From Limnothrix sp. BL-A-16 (GTDB lineage: Bacteria > Cyanobacteriota > Cyanobacteriia > CACIAM-69d): a DNA stretch of 64,000 nt. The position numbers and the translations under genes were made by a program. Positions 41,956-53,439 of this stretch are shown piece after piece (the stretch's first letter is position 1; each line of letters starts with the position of its first letter). The notes under the pieces were generated by a model. It saw only the letters and a list, made by a program, of their open reading frames with translations. It did no database searches and was not told the origin of the DNA. The stretch is taken from assembly GCA_041937175.2 (NCBI GenBank), contig CP166615.1, positions 3,456,001-3,520,000 of the forward strand, written 5' to 3'.

Positions 41956-42708
41956 TCAGCTTCCCGAGTCGGAAGCGGCCCAAAGTAACTGGGGCGAACC
42001 GAGGGCTTGAATTTGTTCGCGCATCCAGTTTTCAAACATTTCATCGATCATTTGTCGGCGCATGGCTTCATCAAGCTGCGACGGCAAAAACTGTTCCAGC
42101 CGCACAATAATAAACCATTCCACTAGGGCGCGCGGGGGCCACAATTGACCCGGTTGGCTCACTTCCAACATGCGGGCAATGAAGGGGTGCGGTTGATTCA
42201 AAGGCACGGGCCCCAAAAGACCATTGGTTTGGGCTTCTGGGCCTTGGGAATAGGTGCGAGCCATGTCTGCAAAGGAAGACTCGCCCTCTTCAATGCGGTA
42301 ATAAATTTCCTGAGCCAGCCCTTCATCCTGCACGCGAATCAGAGAGTAGACCACCTTATCTAGGCGGCTCTTTTGACTGACAAAATAGTTTTCTACCTTG
42401 CGCCCAAACTGGATCTCTTTGAACTTTTCCAGCCGCATGGGCCGGATGGCCAGTTCTTCAAGCCCTTCGATGGAAAGGTTGTTTTCCTGCATCCAACGGG
42501 CAATGTCTGCTTCTTCAATAATCCGATGTTGCTTCCGAAAGTTGATGATGGCCTGTTGCCGTTCTTCTTCGGTAAATTCCACATCGGCGATCGCTCGATC
42601 AATCACCAACCCACGCAAGAATTGCGGCATCAGGTGATAGCGACTGAGCAGCGAGAGCATCTCGTGTGCTTGGATAACATTCGGACCAATTTGGAAGAGA
42701 CCTGCCAT
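41956..42708 (-). CDS. PpiC/parvulin-type peptidyl-prolyl isomerase associated with the T1SS
   Basis: VVYSLIRV, SFADMARTYSQGPEA.TNGLLGP; first gene of the hlyB-hlyD operon. Confidence 0.9.
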   Translation of the reverse strand: MAGLFQIGPNVIQAHEMLSLLSRYHLMPQFLRGLVIDRAIADVEFTEEERQQAIINFRKQHRIIEEADIARWMQENNLSIEGLEELAIRPMRLEKFKEIQFGRKVENYFVSQKSRLDKVVYSLIRVQDEGLAQEIYYRIEEGESSFADMARTYSQGPEAQTNGLLGPVPLNQPHPFIARMLEVSQPGQLWPPRALVEWFIIVRLEQFLPSQLDEAMRRQMIDEMFENWMREQIQALGSPQLLWAASDSGS

Positions 42709-43259
42709 GGTGAATTGATTTGCAGCGATTGCAGGTAAAACGAACGAAAAATATAAACGAAGCGTTAACGACTCATGGGCGATCGGCCAATGGACTTAGC
42801 CAGTCATCCATTAACCATATAAGTCGCGATCGGACAATCATCACAGGGTTTGTGTGGCACTTGGGGGTGCGCATCAGTTTTGTGTTTGGGTTGCCCTGTC
42901 AGTTAAGCCGCTCATTCAATCGTGGCTGAATGGGTTGGAGCATGAATCTTCCAAAGAATACCATCGCGCCTGGAATCAAGCCGGATAGGTTGTTGCGTTG
43001 GAACAACGGGTGCTCAATGCCTTGGGGACAGGACAGAGGGGACAAAAGCCTTGGCCAGAATGCATTGGAGCGCGGGGACAGATTTAGATCATGAATTTGA
43101 TCACCTCAATCACAAGGACGAACTAAGGGTGTGGACGCAGGGCCGCCGGGGGAGGTTCCGTTGATGGAAAGTGGCGGCTGTGGCTTGTGTCGGGCGATCG
43201 GGCGCGATAGCCTAGGGCGGTGATCTGTTCACCCAATCGCTCGCCATCTTCCTGTTCCG

Positions 43260-44978
43260 ATGACTTCTGAACCCGCCGCATCCCTGGCCTACAGCGACAT
43301 TCACAATGCCGATTTGTTGAAACTGCTGCCCGGAGATGCCCGATCGATTGTGGAAGTGGGCTGCTTCACAGGGGCCTTGGGACAGGCCTACAAACGGATT
43401 AACCCCTTTGCCCAATACATCGGTTTAGAACAAGATCCAGCGGCGGCCCAAATTGCGGCGGGTCGGCTCGATCGCGTCTATGTGGGCAATGCGGAAGATC
43501 CCCAACTGGGGGCAGAAATTCCCCCGGAAAGCATGGATTGCCTAGTTTATGGGGATGTGCTGGAGCATTTTATTAATCCTTGGCAAACCCTGACCCACCA
43601 TGCACGCTGGCTGGCTCCCGGCGGCCAAGTAATTGCCTGCATTCCCAATATTCAATATTGGGGAACGATTGTGGATTTGCTGTCGGGCCGTTGGGAATAT
43701 GCGGATTACGGCATTCTCGATCGGGGCCATTTGCGCTTCTTCACCAAGGATTCCATTACCCAGCTTTTTCAGCAGGCGGGCTTAGAAATCGAAGAAATTC
43801 GGGGTCGCAGTCGCCCCGACGAGATGCGCGACAAATTCCAAGAGGCGATCGGGCCGCTGCTGGATCGGTTGGGGGTCGATCGGCAACGATTTAATCAGCA
43901 AAGTGCTTCGGTGCAATACCTGGTGCGAGCCATGCGGCCGGGCGATCGGCCCCAGCGGCACTTCTTTGCCCAAACCCTGGTGATGGAAGCCAAGGTTTGC
44001 AAGCGAGTGCGAGTGACCGAACCGAATGAGTTTTTGAATCGCATTCCCGGAATGCGGGCGATCGCCCAGGATCGCACCGCCACCGCCGGAGCCGTGCAGG
44101 CCCACGAAGAGCCAATCTTTATTTGGCAACGGGCAATTTTGAACCGGGAACAGGATTTGGTGCAGCAACGCAAACTCCTGGCCCGGGGTTATCTGATCAT
44201 CCTGGAAGTGGATGACGACCCCTACCGCTGGGCCCGCACCGAAAAAACTGACTTTTTCGCCTATCGCAGCGTCCACGCCATCCAAACCTCCACGGAACCC
44301 CTGGCCGCCTTCCTGCGCCAAGTGAACCCCTACGTGGCCGTATTTCCCAATCAATTGGCGGAATTGCCCCCACCCGCCGCCATTGATCCACAACGACCGG
44401 TCACCCTCTTTTTTGGGGCCTTGAACCGGGAAAACGATTGGAAACCGCTGATTGATGGCATCAACCGCGTGCTGAATCAACGGGGCGATCGGATCCTGGT
44501 GCATGTGATTCACGATCGCCGCTTTTTTGAAGCCCTGCAAACGCCCCACAAAACCTTCCGCCCCTTCTGTCCCTACGAGGAATATGCGGAACTGTTGCAC
44601 CAAAGCGATGTGGCCCTGTTGCCCCTGGAACGCACCCGCTTCAACGGCATGAAATCGGACTTGAAGTTCATTGAATGCGCCGCCCACAGCACCGCCGCCC
44701 TGGCCAGCCCCGTGGTCTATCAACAAACCCTGATGGATGGTCAAACGGGCTTGCTCTACTACAGCCCAGCGGATTTTGAGCAAAAACTAGCCGCCCTGGT
44801 TGACTACCCCCAATTACGCGAAACCCTAACCCAAAATGCCTATCAGTGGGTGTCCCAAAACCGGCTGATGTGCCAGCACTATCGCCAACGGTATGAGTGG
44901 TATCAATCCCTGCGCGATCGCCTGCCAGAGCTAAACGCGGCCTTGCAGCGCCGAATTCCCGATCTGTTTGCAGGATGA
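43260..44978 (+). CDS. Fusion of class I SAM methyltransferase and glycosyltransferase (GT4-like)
   Basis: [30 protein letters not shown]-terminal [13 protein letters not shown]...KSDLKFIE. Confidence 0.85.
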   Translation: MTSEPAASLAYSDIHNADLLKLLPGDARSIVEVGCFTGALGQAYKRINPFAQYIGLEQDPAAAQIAAGRLDRVYVGNAEDPQLGAEIPPESMDCLVYGDVLEHFINPWQTLTHHARWLAPGGQVIACIPNIQYWGTIVDLLSGRWEYADYGILDRGHLRFFTKDSITQLFQQAGLEIEEIRGRSRPDEMRDKFQEAIGPLLDRLGVDRQRFNQQSASVQYLVRAMRPGDRPQRHFFAQTLVMEAKVCKRVRVTEPNEFLNRIPGMRAIAQDRTATAGAVQAHEEPIFIWQRAILNREQDLVQQRKLLARGYLIILEVDDDPYRWARTEKTDFFAYRSVHAIQTSTEPLAAFLRQVNPYVAVFPNQLAELPPPAAIDPQRPVTLFFGALNRENDWKPLIDGINRVLNQRGDRILVHVIHDRRFFEALQTPHKTFRPFCPYEEYAELLHQSDVALLPLERTRFNGMKSDLKFIECAAHSTAALASPVVYQQTLMDGQTGLLYYSPADFEQKLAALVDYPQLRETLTQNAYQWVSQNRLMCQHYRQRYEWYQSLRDRLPELNAALQRRIPDLFAG

Positions 44979-45046
44979 CAGGATATCTGGGAAGTAACTT
45001 GGGGGAATGGCAAGGCACAAGTACTCGTGGGGAGTACTCGTAGGGG

Positions 45047-45066
45047 CAAGGGGCTTAAGCCCCTTG
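45047..45066. repeat. REP-like 20-bp palindrome
   Basis: Perfect CAAGGGGCTTAAGCCCCTTG. Confidence 0.9.
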
Positions 45067-45347
45067 TCTGGCAGTGTTGGTGAGGTGATGATTTTCGGTA
45101 ACTGATCGCTTACGCCGCAAAACTTTTACGGACTAATCATGACTGAATTATGGCCCTACCGAAACCTGATTCGTGATCTGTGAAAATGCTCTGCATGATT
45201 CATAAAAACTCCTGAATCATGAGAAATTAATCTCTAGAATACTGACTAAACTTTGATAAAATTGAAGCCTGAAATCAAAAATCTCTTATTAACTGAACAA
45301 TAAAAATGCGTGATAAAAATCAGATTCATTTTTAAATCAAAATTAAC

Positions 45348-45393
45348 AAAAAGTGCCCTATCGATAGCCAAAGGGTTTCTGATAGGGCACTTT
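45348..45393 (-). terminator. Terminator downstream of ndhO
   Basis: 13-bp inverted repeat AAAGTGCCCTATC/GATAGGGCACTTT with a T-run on the minus strand. Confidence 0.65.
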
Positions 45394-45445
45394 AGGGATT
45401 TCTGGAAATGAAATCAGCCAAGACCAGCTTAAGAAAATTAGAGCA

Positions 45446-45664
45446 TTAACCTGAAAATTCTTCGAGTTGATCCAAGCGGAGCCAAATGTTGGGGGTTGGC
45501 ACTTTGCACCACTTCACCAAGGCATAGTCACCCCGCAGATCGAGTACCTCTCCTTTGCTTTCAAATAGGTAGGAAGAAAAGCGCTGATCGCTGGCGGTTG
45601 CTTCGACGCTATTTTCTAATTTTTCGCGAATGGCACGAACAAAGGAACCTTTTTTGACGGGCAT
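45446..45664 (-). CDS. ndhO: NAD(P)H-quinone oxidoreductase subunit O
   Basis: KKG..VRA.REKLENS.EA.ASD.RF..YLFE..GE...[14 protein letters not shown]. Confidence 0.95.
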   Translation of the reverse strand: MPVKKGSFVRAIREKLENSVEATASDQRFSSYLFESKGEVLDLRGDYALVKWCKVPTPNIWLRLDQLEEFSG

Positions 45665-45751
45665 AGGAGTTAATGGCGCGATCGCACGTAATTGTTAACT
45701 GAGAGCAACCCTTTTTAGGTTGATGCAGATTGTCCCATTTTAAAGCTGAGA

Positions 45752-46702
45752 TCAGACTTTCAGTTGGGCAAAACGTTGGGTTGCCGCCACCAAAGCCCGT
45801 AGAATTCCCGGTTCCGCCATGGAGTGGCCCGCGTCGGGGATGATTTGCAACTCGGCTTCCGGCCAGGCTTGGTGTAATTCCCAGGCGGAAACCACCGGGC
45901 AAACCACGTCATAGCGTCCATGAACAATGACGGCGGGCAAATGTCGGATTCGATCGACCTGTTGCAGCAGTTGATCGGCCGGGTCAAACCAGCCCCCATG
46001 GACAAAGTAGTGGCACTCAATCCGGGCGAAGGCCTCCGCAAAGAAGGGATCGGCAAAGGCCGCCTGCAAATCCGCGTCGGGAATGAGCTTGCTGGTGCTG
46101 GCTTCCCACACGGCCCAAGCCTTGGCCGCTTGTCGTCGCACCGCTGGATTCTTATCGGTCAGGCGACGGTAGTAAGCCCCCATCAGATCCTGTCGTTCGG
46201 CTGGGGGAATTGGCTCTAGGTATTGGGCCCAGGCTTCGGGAAACAAATAGCTGGCTCCCTCTTGATAAAACCAGCGCAGTTCCTGGGGCCGCAGCATGAA
46301 AATTCCCCGCAAGATCAATCCCAAACAGTGATCGGGATGGGTTTCTGCATAGGCCAGGGCGAGGGTGCTGCCCCAACTGCCCCCAAACACCACCCACTGC
46401 TCGATCGCCAAATGCTCCCGCAATCGCTCAATATCCGCCACCAGATCCCAAGTGGTGTTGTGGGTCAAGTCCGCATGGGGCTGGCTGCGGCCACAGCCGC
46501 GTTGGTCAAATTGCACAATTCGCCACTGGGCTGGGTCGCAATATTGCCGATAGCTCGGTTGGCTGCCACCGCCGGGCCCACCATGCAGAATCACAATCGG
46601 CTGGCCGGTGGGATTGCCACTTTCCTCAAAGTAAAGGGTGTGGCGATCGGAAACGGGTAGTGTCCCTTGGCGATAGGGGTCGATCGGCGGAAATAAACTC
46701 AT
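45752..46702 (-). CDS. pip: Prolyl aminopeptidase (proline iminopeptidase)
   Basis: HGGPGGG, DQRGCGRS, VFGGSWGSTL, GRYDVVCP, AGHS. Confidence 0.96.
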   Translation of the reverse strand: MSLFPPIDPYRQGTLPVSDRHTLYFEESGNPTGQPIVILHGGPGGGSQPSYRQYCDPAQWRIVQFDQRGCGRSQPHADLTHNTTWDLVADIERLREHLAIEQWVVFGGSWGSTLALAYAETHPDHCLGLILRGIFMLRPQELRWFYQEGASYLFPEAWAQYLEPIPPAERQDLMGAYYRRLTDKNPAVRRQAAKAWAVWEASTSKLIPDADLQAAFADPFFAEAFARIECHYFVHGGWFDPADQLLQQVDRIRHLPAVIVHGRYDVVCPVVSAWELHQAWPEAELQIIPDAGHSMAEPGILRALVAATQRFAQLKV

Positions 46703-46793
46703 GGCAATCCGTCATGTCAAAATCGTAATGACTATGATATTCTCGTAACAGTTCGTAATTCATCCAAAACAGCGCAACAGGAGACTCACTCCC

Positions 46794-47387
46794 ATGACCG
46801 AAGGTTGCCTCCGTGTGGGCCAAGTTGCCCCTGACTTCACCGCTACGGCCGTTTCTGACCAAGAGTTCAAAGAAATTAAGCTGTCGAACTACCGTGGCAA
46901 GTATGTAGTCCTATTTTTCTATCCCCTGGACTTCACCTTTGTCTGCCCCACGGAAATCACGGCCTTCAGCGATCGCTACGCTGAGTTCTCGCAACTGAAC
47001 GCCGAAGTATTGGGCGTTTCGGTGGACAGCGCCTTCTCGCACCTGGCTTGGATCCAAACCGATCGCAAGTCCGGCGGTGTGGGCGATCTGAGCTACCCGT
47101 TGGTTTCGGATATTAAGAAGGAAATCAGCACCGCTTACAACGTGCTGACCGAAGAAGGCATTGCCCTGCGTGGCCTGTTCATCATTGACAAGGAAGGTGT
47201 GATTCAACACGCCACCATCAACAACCTGGCCTTCGGCCGCAGCGTGGATGAGACCTTGCGCGTGCTGCAAGCGATTCAATACGTGCAAACTCACCCCGAT
47301 GAAGTGTGCCCCGCTGGTTGGCAACCGGGTGAAAAGACGATGAATCCGGATCCTGTGAAGTCGAAGGACTACTTCGCCGCCCTGTAA
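46794..47387 (+). CDS. Typical 2-Cys peroxiredoxin
   Basis: [26 protein letters not shown]-terminal YF. Confidence 0.97.
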   Translation: MTEGCLRVGQVAPDFTATAVSDQEFKEIKLSNYRGKYVVLFFYPLDFTFVCPTEITAFSDRYAEFSQLNAEVLGVSVDSAFSHLAWIQTDRKSGGVGDLSYPLVSDIKKEISTAYNVLTEEGIALRGLFIIDKEGVIQHATINNLAFGRSVDETLRVLQAIQYVQTHPDEVCPAGWQPGEKTMNPDPVKSKDYFAAL

Positions 47388-47609
47388 TTAACGTAAATTT
47401 CGGCGCTCTGGCCGGAATTGGTCGGCTGGTGGCCACCGTTCCGATTGCCCTCAGGCTCGGGTAATGGTGGCCCGAACTCCTCCTTCCTAGGAACCCAACC
47501 CGATCGACCGATGAGCCAAAGCCTCTCGATCGACCGGACAGGGTTAATCAACAGTGATTGATTTACTGTCATTAGCTCACATTCTCTGAAAAATGCGAAT
47601 CCATCCTAG

Positions 47610-48835
47610 GGGCTGTCATACAATGAACAGATGCTACTCGGATTCAAAACTCAACTCAAGCTCAACAACCAACAACGCACCGCGTTAGCTCGCCATGCCG
47701 GTGTTGCGCGTCATGCCTGGAATTGGGGTTTGGGACTGACCAAGGAAATCCTTGACCACAACCAATTACATCCCGAGGAAAAGATCAAGTTTCCATCCGC
47801 TATTGATTTGCATAAGTGGTTGGTAGCCTTGGTCAAGTCTGAACACCCTTGGTACTATGAGGTCTCCAAAAGTTCTCCTCAAAATGCTTTACGTCATTTA
47901 CGGGTAGCTTGGGATCGATGCTTCAAAAAGACTTCAGGCGCTCCTAAATTCAAGAAAAAGGGTCGTCATGACTCCTTTGAACTGGATGGAGCTATTCATA
48001 TCAAGGGTTTGAATAAGATTCAGGTTCCCAAGATTGGCATCCTGAAGACCTATGAAGCATTACCTCAAAATGTTCAACCTAAATCAGTCACCATCAGCCG
48101 CCAAACGAATGATTGGTTTATCTCGTTTCGGATTGAGATCGAACCCGTCATTACGCCTAAATTGGTTGATGTTGTAGGTGTTGACTTGGGTGTCAAGTCC
48201 TTGGCAACTCTCAGCACTGGAGAATTGTTTGAAGGCGCTAAAGCCTACAGACAACTGGAGTCTCGGCTCTCTCGGTTGCAATGGCTGAATCGCCACAAAC
48301 AGCGAGGATCTGAGAACTGGAAAAAGGCTCAATCAAAGATCGCCCAGTTGCATCAGCGGATCGCCAACATCCGTAAAGACACAATTCATAAGCTCACGAC
48401 CTACCTCGCCAAGAACCACGGCATGGTGGTCATTGAGGATCTGAATGTGTCCGGGATGATGGCGAATCACAAGCTGTCCAAGGCGATTCAGGATGTGGGG
48501 TTCTATGAGTTTCGGCGGCAACTGGATTACAAGACGAAGTTGTATGGCTCTGAGCTGGTGATTGTGGATCGCTGGTTTCCATCCAGCAAGACTTGTTCCC
48601 GTTGTGGCAAGAAAAAAGAGACCCTATCCCTGTCAGAGCGGGTGTTTGATTGTGATCACTGTGGATTGCAGATTGATCGCGATTTGAATGCCGCGATTAA
48701 TCTGCAAAGGGCGGCCAGTCCGGTCGTGTCAGCCTGTGGAGCGGATGAAGCCGACTTCGCCGCGATGAAGCAGGAAGCTTCCTGATTGCTGCATTTGCTA
48801 GTCAATTGCAGCAATTGTTAGTGAATTAGTGACGG
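47610..48835 (+). mobile_element. Non-autonomous tnpB-only element (IS607-like ends; left end uncertain)
   Basis: No tnpA or serine recombinase nearby; no full HIP1 site seen in tnpB; 3' segment GCCTGTGGA...GAAGCAGGAA, a hairpin and a terminal ...GACGG. Confidence 0.65.
47631..48785 (+). CDS. tnpB: RNA-guided endonuclease TnpB (IS200/IS605/IS607 superfamily)
   Basis: N-terminal HTH (GVARHAWNWGL), PKFKKKG, RuvC motifs GVDLG / VIEDL / DRDLNAAINL, zinc finger CSRC..CDHC. Confidence 0.96.
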   Translation: MLLGFKTQLKLNNQQRTALARHAGVARHAWNWGLGLTKEILDHNQLHPEEKIKFPSAIDLHKWLVALVKSEHPWYYEVSKSSPQNALRHLRVAWDRCFKKTSGAPKFKKKGRHDSFELDGAIHIKGLNKIQVPKIGILKTYEALPQNVQPKSVTISRQTNDWFISFRIEIEPVITPKLVDVVGVDLGVKSLATLSTGELFEGAKAYRQLESRLSRLQWLNRHKQRGSENWKKAQSKIAQLHQRIANIRKDTIHKLTTYLAKNHGMVVIEDLNVSGMMANHKLSKAIQDVGFYEFRRQLDYKTKLYGSELVIVDRWFPSSKTCSRCGKKKETLSLSERVFDCDHCGLQIDRDLNAAINLQRAASPVVSACGADEADFAAMKQEAS

Positions 48836-48855
48836 TTGAAGATCATTTCGAGGTT
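48700..48855 (+). ncRNA. Putative omegaRNA (reRNA) scaffold plus guide
   Basis: Overlaps the tnpB 3' end as established for TnpB; hairpin ATTGCTGCA/TGCAGCAAT at 48785-48815; boundaries inferred. Confidence 0.55.
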
Positions 48856-48878
48856 GGCTGAACTGACTCCTGAGAGAG

Positions 48879-48912
48879 AGTCGCTATCTTTTGGCAAGAT
48901 GGCGACTTTTTT
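48879..48912 (+). terminator. Intrinsic terminator downstream of the tnpB element
   Basis: AGTCGCTATCTT-TTGGC-AAGATGGCGACT-TTTTT. Confidence 0.75.
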
Positions 48913-48998
48913 GTTGGTGGGGTGTTCAGGATTGGGGTTCGATCGATTAGGTAGACTTTGGGTTGAGTTCTCCTGCTGAATGGTCTCGAAGCTGTCCA

Positions 48999-49427
48999 AT
49001 GAGTCGTCGCCCATCCCCATCATCTGCCGATCGCCCGGAGTCTTCGCCCCAGAAGCCTTTGTCTGAGGAGGCGGAGTTTTCGGCTTTTTTAGCCCAATTG
49101 AGTGATCAGCTAGCGGCGACGGAAACCGCCATGGGACAGGTGCGATCGCGCTTGGAGCAGGTACGGGCCGATCGGGAGCGGCGGGCTAGCTTGGGTCATC
49201 AGGTGGAAGTGGTGCGAGCGGATTTGGCCCGGGCGCGCGATCGGGAAATTCGCAGCGAATTAACGCAAACAATCCAGACCTTGCAGCGGGAGTTGGAAGA
49301 ATTGGACTTGGCCTTGGAAAGTCGCCTATTTGCGGACAGCGGCTTAAAGGAAGTGTTTTGGCAAGCGGTGCGGTTTGGCAGTTTGGGAGTGGTGTTGGGT
49401 TGGTTGCTCAAGCTATGGGCCGGTTAA
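48999..49427 (+). CDS. Hypothetical coiled-coil protein with C-terminal TM
   Basis: ELEELDLALESRLF...FWQAVRFGSLGVVLGWLLK; stop overlaps the next ATG. Confidence 0.8.
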   Translation: MSRRPSPSSADRPESSPQKPLSEEAEFSAFLAQLSDQLAATETAMGQVRSRLEQVRADRERRASLGHQVEVVRADLARARDREIRSELTQTIQTLQRELEELDLALESRLFADSGLKEVFWQAVRFGSLGVVLGWLLKLWAG

Positions 49428-50689
49428 TGGGGACGGGGGCGCTAGTGTGGGCGGTTCTGTTGGGTTTGGGGATTGATCGAGCTGATGCTGATCGGCCGAT
49501 CGAGCCGCCTCAACCCGCGTTGGATCGTCATGCCTTGCTGAAAAACTGGGAACTGCCCTCGCCCCCGGAGCGTCGGCGGCCCCTGTGGCCCCTGACTCCG
49601 CGCCCGCCGGTTTCGCTCGATCGCGCCCGATGGGGGAGTCCTCGGCTGGAATCGCAGTTGCGGCTCTATCGGCAATATTTGGCAACCCACGGCCAGCCGC
49701 CGGATTTGTTGATTGTGGGCAGTTCCCGATCGCTCCAGGGCATTGATCCGACGGTTTTGGCCCGTTCGTTGTCAACAACCCTGCGGCGGCCCGTGCGGGT
49801 GTTTAACTTTGGCATTAACGGCGCAACGGCCCAGGTGGTGCGTTGGTTGCTGATGGATTTGTTCCCGCCGGACTGGTTGCCTCGGGTGGTGGTTTGGGGC
49901 GATGGCTCACGGGCCTTTAACAGTGGTCGGATCGATCGCACCTTTGCCAGCATTGCCGCTTCCGAGGGTTTCCGGCAACTGGCCATGGCTCGCGCCCGGG
50001 GCGGTCACCCTTGGTCTGTGTCGCGGTGGCGGGAATCGCCTTGGGGGCGATCGGTCAGTGGGTTGCCATCCTTGACCCTCAACAGCAGCGCCTATCCCGG
50101 TGCGGCTCTGATGCCCGGCCTGATGCCCGGTGGGCTTCAACAACCACAGCCCTGGCCCCTGCGCCCAGAACCAGAACTCGATCGACTGGGATTTTTGGCT
50201 GATTTGCGCCGTTTTGCGCCCGATCGCTACTATCAACAATTTCCGAAAGTGCCGGGTCGCTATGACGATATGTACAGCGGTTTTCAGTTGGTAGGCGGTG
50301 TTCAAGATCGGGCTGTGCGCCAGTTGATTGCCTTTGCGCGATCGCGCGGGATCCGCCTGAGTTTTGTGAACTTGCCCCTCAGTCAGGATTATTTGGATCC
50401 GGCCCGATTGACCTATGAACGGGAATTCCAGACCTATTTGGCACAACTGCGAGATCAGGGGTTAATCGTTCAAGATTGGTTGCTGCGCTGGCCCGATCGC
50501 CATGACTATTTCGCAGACCCCAGCCACATCAACCGCTATGGAGCCGCCGCGATCGCCCTGGATTTGGCCCAGGATGCCTGGCTACGTTGGAATTTGACCC
50601 CGATCGCCGGTCGGCCTGCACCGGTTTTGCATGAAGCGCCGGATCGGGGGATCAATGGGCGATCGGGGCCACTGCGGCCAGCCCCTTAA
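49427..50689 (+). CDS. SGNH-like hypothetical protein (DUF1574-like)
   Basis: IVGSSRSLQGIDP, FNFGINGATAQ, FADPSHINRYGA (SGNH block I and DxxH); TAATG coupling. Confidence 0.75.
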   Translation: MGTGALVWAVLLGLGIDRADADRPIEPPQPALDRHALLKNWELPSPPERRRPLWPLTPRPPVSLDRARWGSPRLESQLRLYRQYLATHGQPPDLLIVGSSRSLQGIDPTVLARSLSTTLRRPVRVFNFGINGATAQVVRWLLMDLFPPDWLPRVVVWGDGSRAFNSGRIDRTFASIAASEGFRQLAMARARGGHPWSVSRWRESPWGRSVSGLPSLTLNSSAYPGAALMPGLMPGGLQQPQPWPLRPEPELDRLGFLADLRRFAPDRYYQQFPKVPGRYDDMYSGFQLVGGVQDRAVRQLIAFARSRGIRLSFVNLPLSQDYLDPARLTYEREFQTYLAQLRDQGLIVQDWLLRWPDRHDYFADPSHINRYGAAAIALDLAQDAWLRWNLTPIAGRPAPVLHEAPDRGINGRSGPLRPAP

Positions 50690-50993
50690 AGGATTGGCTT
50701 TCGCGTTAGAAATCCGCATGGTTGTGGGCCCGATCATTGGCAATTGCCCTTGGAATCAACCTTTCGATCGCAGGCGAGATCATGAACCGCGATCGGGTAG
50801 GTGAGTGGAACCAGAAGGGGGGCGATCGGCTGAATGAGCCACCGAAGCGATCGGGTCTAAATCCTTATGGAGTCTTGTTTTACGTCCCTTTGTCGAGACA
50901 GTTGGCCGTGAATTAACAAACGGTCTAGTATCTAACAAACGGTGTTAGGATTGCCACAGTAATAGAAAGAATCTCCAAGGATCATCATCATTC

Positions 50994-53150
50994 ATGCAAG
51001 AAATTGACAAGTCAATATCCTTTGATGGAAGGGATATTCGGCTGAAGATCGGTTTGCTCGCACCCCAAGCTGGTGGATCGGTACTGATTGGGTCGGGCGA
51101 TACCGCAGTGTTAGTAACCGCCACCCGTTCCTCAGCGCGCGAGGGCATTGATTTTCTTCCCCTCACTGTTGATTACGAAGAACGGCTGTATGCCGCTGGC
51201 CGCATTCCGGGTAGCTTCCAGCGCCGCGAAGGTCGCCCGCCGGAAAAGGCGATTTTGACCGGTCGTTTGATCGATCGCCCCATGCGCCCGCTGTTTCCGA
51301 ATTGGTTGCGCGACGATATCCAAGTGGTGGCCACCACCGTGTCCCTCGATCCCGACGTGCCGCCGGATGTGCTGGCCGTGACGGGTGCTTCGATCGCCAC
51401 CTTGTTGGCCCAAATTCCCTTCCAGGGGCCGATGGCGGCGGTGCGCGTGGGTTTGGTGGGCGACGAGTTCATCATCAACCCCACCTATGCGGAAATTGAA
51501 AAGGGTGAATTGGATCTGGTGGTTGCCGGATCGCCCGATGGCGTGGTGATGGTGGAAGCGGGGGCAAATCAACTGCCCGAAGCGGACATCATCGAAGCGA
51601 TCGACTTTGGCTATGAAGCCGTGCGTGATCTGATCCAGGCGCAACGGGACATCATCGCTGAATTGGGTCTGGAACTGGTGACGGCGGAACCCCCCGCGAT
51701 CGACACCACCCTCGAAGACTTCATTCGATCGCGCACCACGGACGAAATCAAAGGCATCTTGTCGCAATTTGAGCTGGGCAAAACCCGGCGCGACGCGGCC
51801 TTGGATGCCCTGCAAGCGACCGTGGCCCAGGAAATTGTTGATCGCGCCGACGATGACGCGATTAAAATTGCCGCCACCGCTGACCCCAAGGCCCTGCCCA
51901 AGGTCTTTAAGGCGGTCACCAAGTCCTTGATGCGTCGCCAAATCGTCGAAGATGGCGTGCGCGTCGATGGTCGCAAACTGGATGAAGTGCGCCAGGTCTC
52001 CTGCCGGGCCGGGGTGTTGCCCTCCCGCGTTCACGGTAGTGGTTTGTTCCAACGGGGCTTGACCCAGGTGATGTCCGTGGTGACCCTGGGGACTCCCGGC
52101 GATGCCCAGGAACTGGACGATCTGCACCCGGATGAGCAAAAGCGCTATTTGCACCACTACAACTTCCCGCCCTACTCGGTGGGCGAAACTCGTCCGATGC
52201 GATCGCCCGGTCGCCGGGAAATCGGTCACGGGGCCTTGGCAGAGCGGGCCCTAGTGCCCGTGTTGCCGTCCAAGGAAGCCTTCCCCTACGTGTTGCGCGT
52301 GGTGTCGGAAGTGCTGTCCTCGGATGGTTCCACCTCCATGGGTTCGGTTTGTGGCTCAACCCTGTCCCTGATGGATGCCGGCGTGCCGATCGCCAAGCCC
52401 GTCAGCGGCGCAGCCATGGGCTTGATCAAGGAAGGCGAAGAAATTCGCGTTCTGACGGACATCCAAGGTCTGGAAGACTTCCTGGGTGACATGGACTTCA
52501 AGGTGGCCGGCACCGACAGCGGCATCACCGCCCTACAGATGGACATGAAGATCACCGGGTTGGACATGGGCACGATCGCCAAGGCGATCGAACAGGCCCG
52601 CCCGGCTCGTCTGCACATCCTGGAAAAGATGATGGCGGCGATCGATCAACCGCGTAGCGACCTGTCGAAGTTTGCCCCGCGTCTGCTGACCTTCCGCATC
52701 GACCCGAGCGACATCGGCATGGTGATCGGGCCCGGCGGTAAAACGATCAAGGGCATCGTTGAAGAAACCGGCGCGAAAATCGACATCGAAGACAGCGGCT
52801 TGGTCACCGTGTCTTCAAACGATGGCGAAAAGGCCAAGCGCGCGGCCCAAATTGTCCAAAACATGACTCGCAAGATCGAAGTGGGCAGCGTGTTTGTGGG
52901 CAAAGTCACCCGCACGATTCCGATCGGGGCGTTTGTGGAATTCCTGCCCGGCAAAGAAGGCATGATCCACATTTCCCAACTGGCCGATCGGCGCGTGGGC
53001 AAAGTCGAAGACGTGGTGGCCGTGGGCGATGAGGTGATCATCAAGGTGCGCGAAATCGACAATCGCGGCCGGATTAACCTGACTCGTTTGGGCATCCACC
53101 CCGACGAAGCGGCGGCGGCCCGCGATGCGGCCGAAGCGGCGGCCACCTAA
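50994..53150 (+). CDS. pnp: Polyribonucleotide nucleotidyltransferase
   Basis: [39 protein letters not shown] domain (IGPGGKTIK) and S1 domain. Confidence 0.99.
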   Translation: MQEIDKSISFDGRDIRLKIGLLAPQAGGSVLIGSGDTAVLVTATRSSAREGIDFLPLTVDYEERLYAAGRIPGSFQRREGRPPEKAILTGRLIDRPMRPLFPNWLRDDIQVVATTVSLDPDVPPDVLAVTGASIATLLAQIPFQGPMAAVRVGLVGDEFIINPTYAEIEKGELDLVVAGSPDGVVMVEAGANQLPEADIIEAIDFGYEAVRDLIQAQRDIIAELGLELVTAEPPAIDTTLEDFIRSRTTDEIKGILSQFELGKTRRDAALDALQATVAQEIVDRADDDAIKIAATADPKALPKVFKAVTKSLMRRQIVEDGVRVDGRKLDEVRQVSCRAGVLPSRVHGSGLFQRGLTQVMSVVTLGTPGDAQELDDLHPDEQKRYLHHYNFPPYSVGETRPMRSPGRREIGHGALAERALVPVLPSKEAFPYVLRVVSEVLSSDGSTSMGSVCGSTLSLMDAGVPIAKPVSGAAMGLIKEGEEIRVLTDIQGLEDFLGDMDFKVAGTDSGITALQMDMKITGLDMGTIAKAIEQARPARLHILEKMMAAIDQPRSDLSKFAPRLLTFRIDPSDIGMVIGPGGKTIKGIVEETGAKIDIEDSGLVTVSSNDGEKAKRAAQIVQNMTRKIEVGSVFVGKVTRTIPIGAFVEFLPGKEGMIHISQLADRRVGKVEDVVAVGDEVIIKVREIDNRGRINLTRLGIHPDEAAAARDAAEAAAT

Positions 53151-53252
53151 GTCACTTGGGCCCAAAGGCCCCGCCCCGACCTCCTCCAGCAGTCTAGTGA
53201 CGGGAGGTATGGGGTCGATTCCATGGCTCTTGCACGAGGGCTAACCAACCTG

Positions 53253-53287
53253 AAACCGGAGATCGACTGTTCGATCTCCGGTTTTTT
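53253..53287 (+). terminator. pnp intrinsic terminator
   Basis: AAACCGGAGATCGA-CTGT-TCGATCTCCGGTTTTTT. Confidence 0.85.
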
Positions 53288-53439
53288 GTGGGCATTGTTC
53301 TGAATTGGTTCTGAATTGGTTCTGAATTTTTGGCAGGACGGCGCTCAAAAATTGGAGGCGATCGAACAAAAACGCCGATCGCCCCATGTCATCAGGCCTC
53401 TAGGCAAAAATCACTAGCGAGGTTAACTAGAATCACAGG

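Noticed and set aside
45070..45345. AT-rich island after the MT-GT gene
   Set aside because: Short, with no ORF or boundary signals; insufficient evidence for foreign DNA.
47631..48785. Nuclease-dead domesticated TnpB (TldR-like)
   Set aside because: All three RuvC acidic residues are present.
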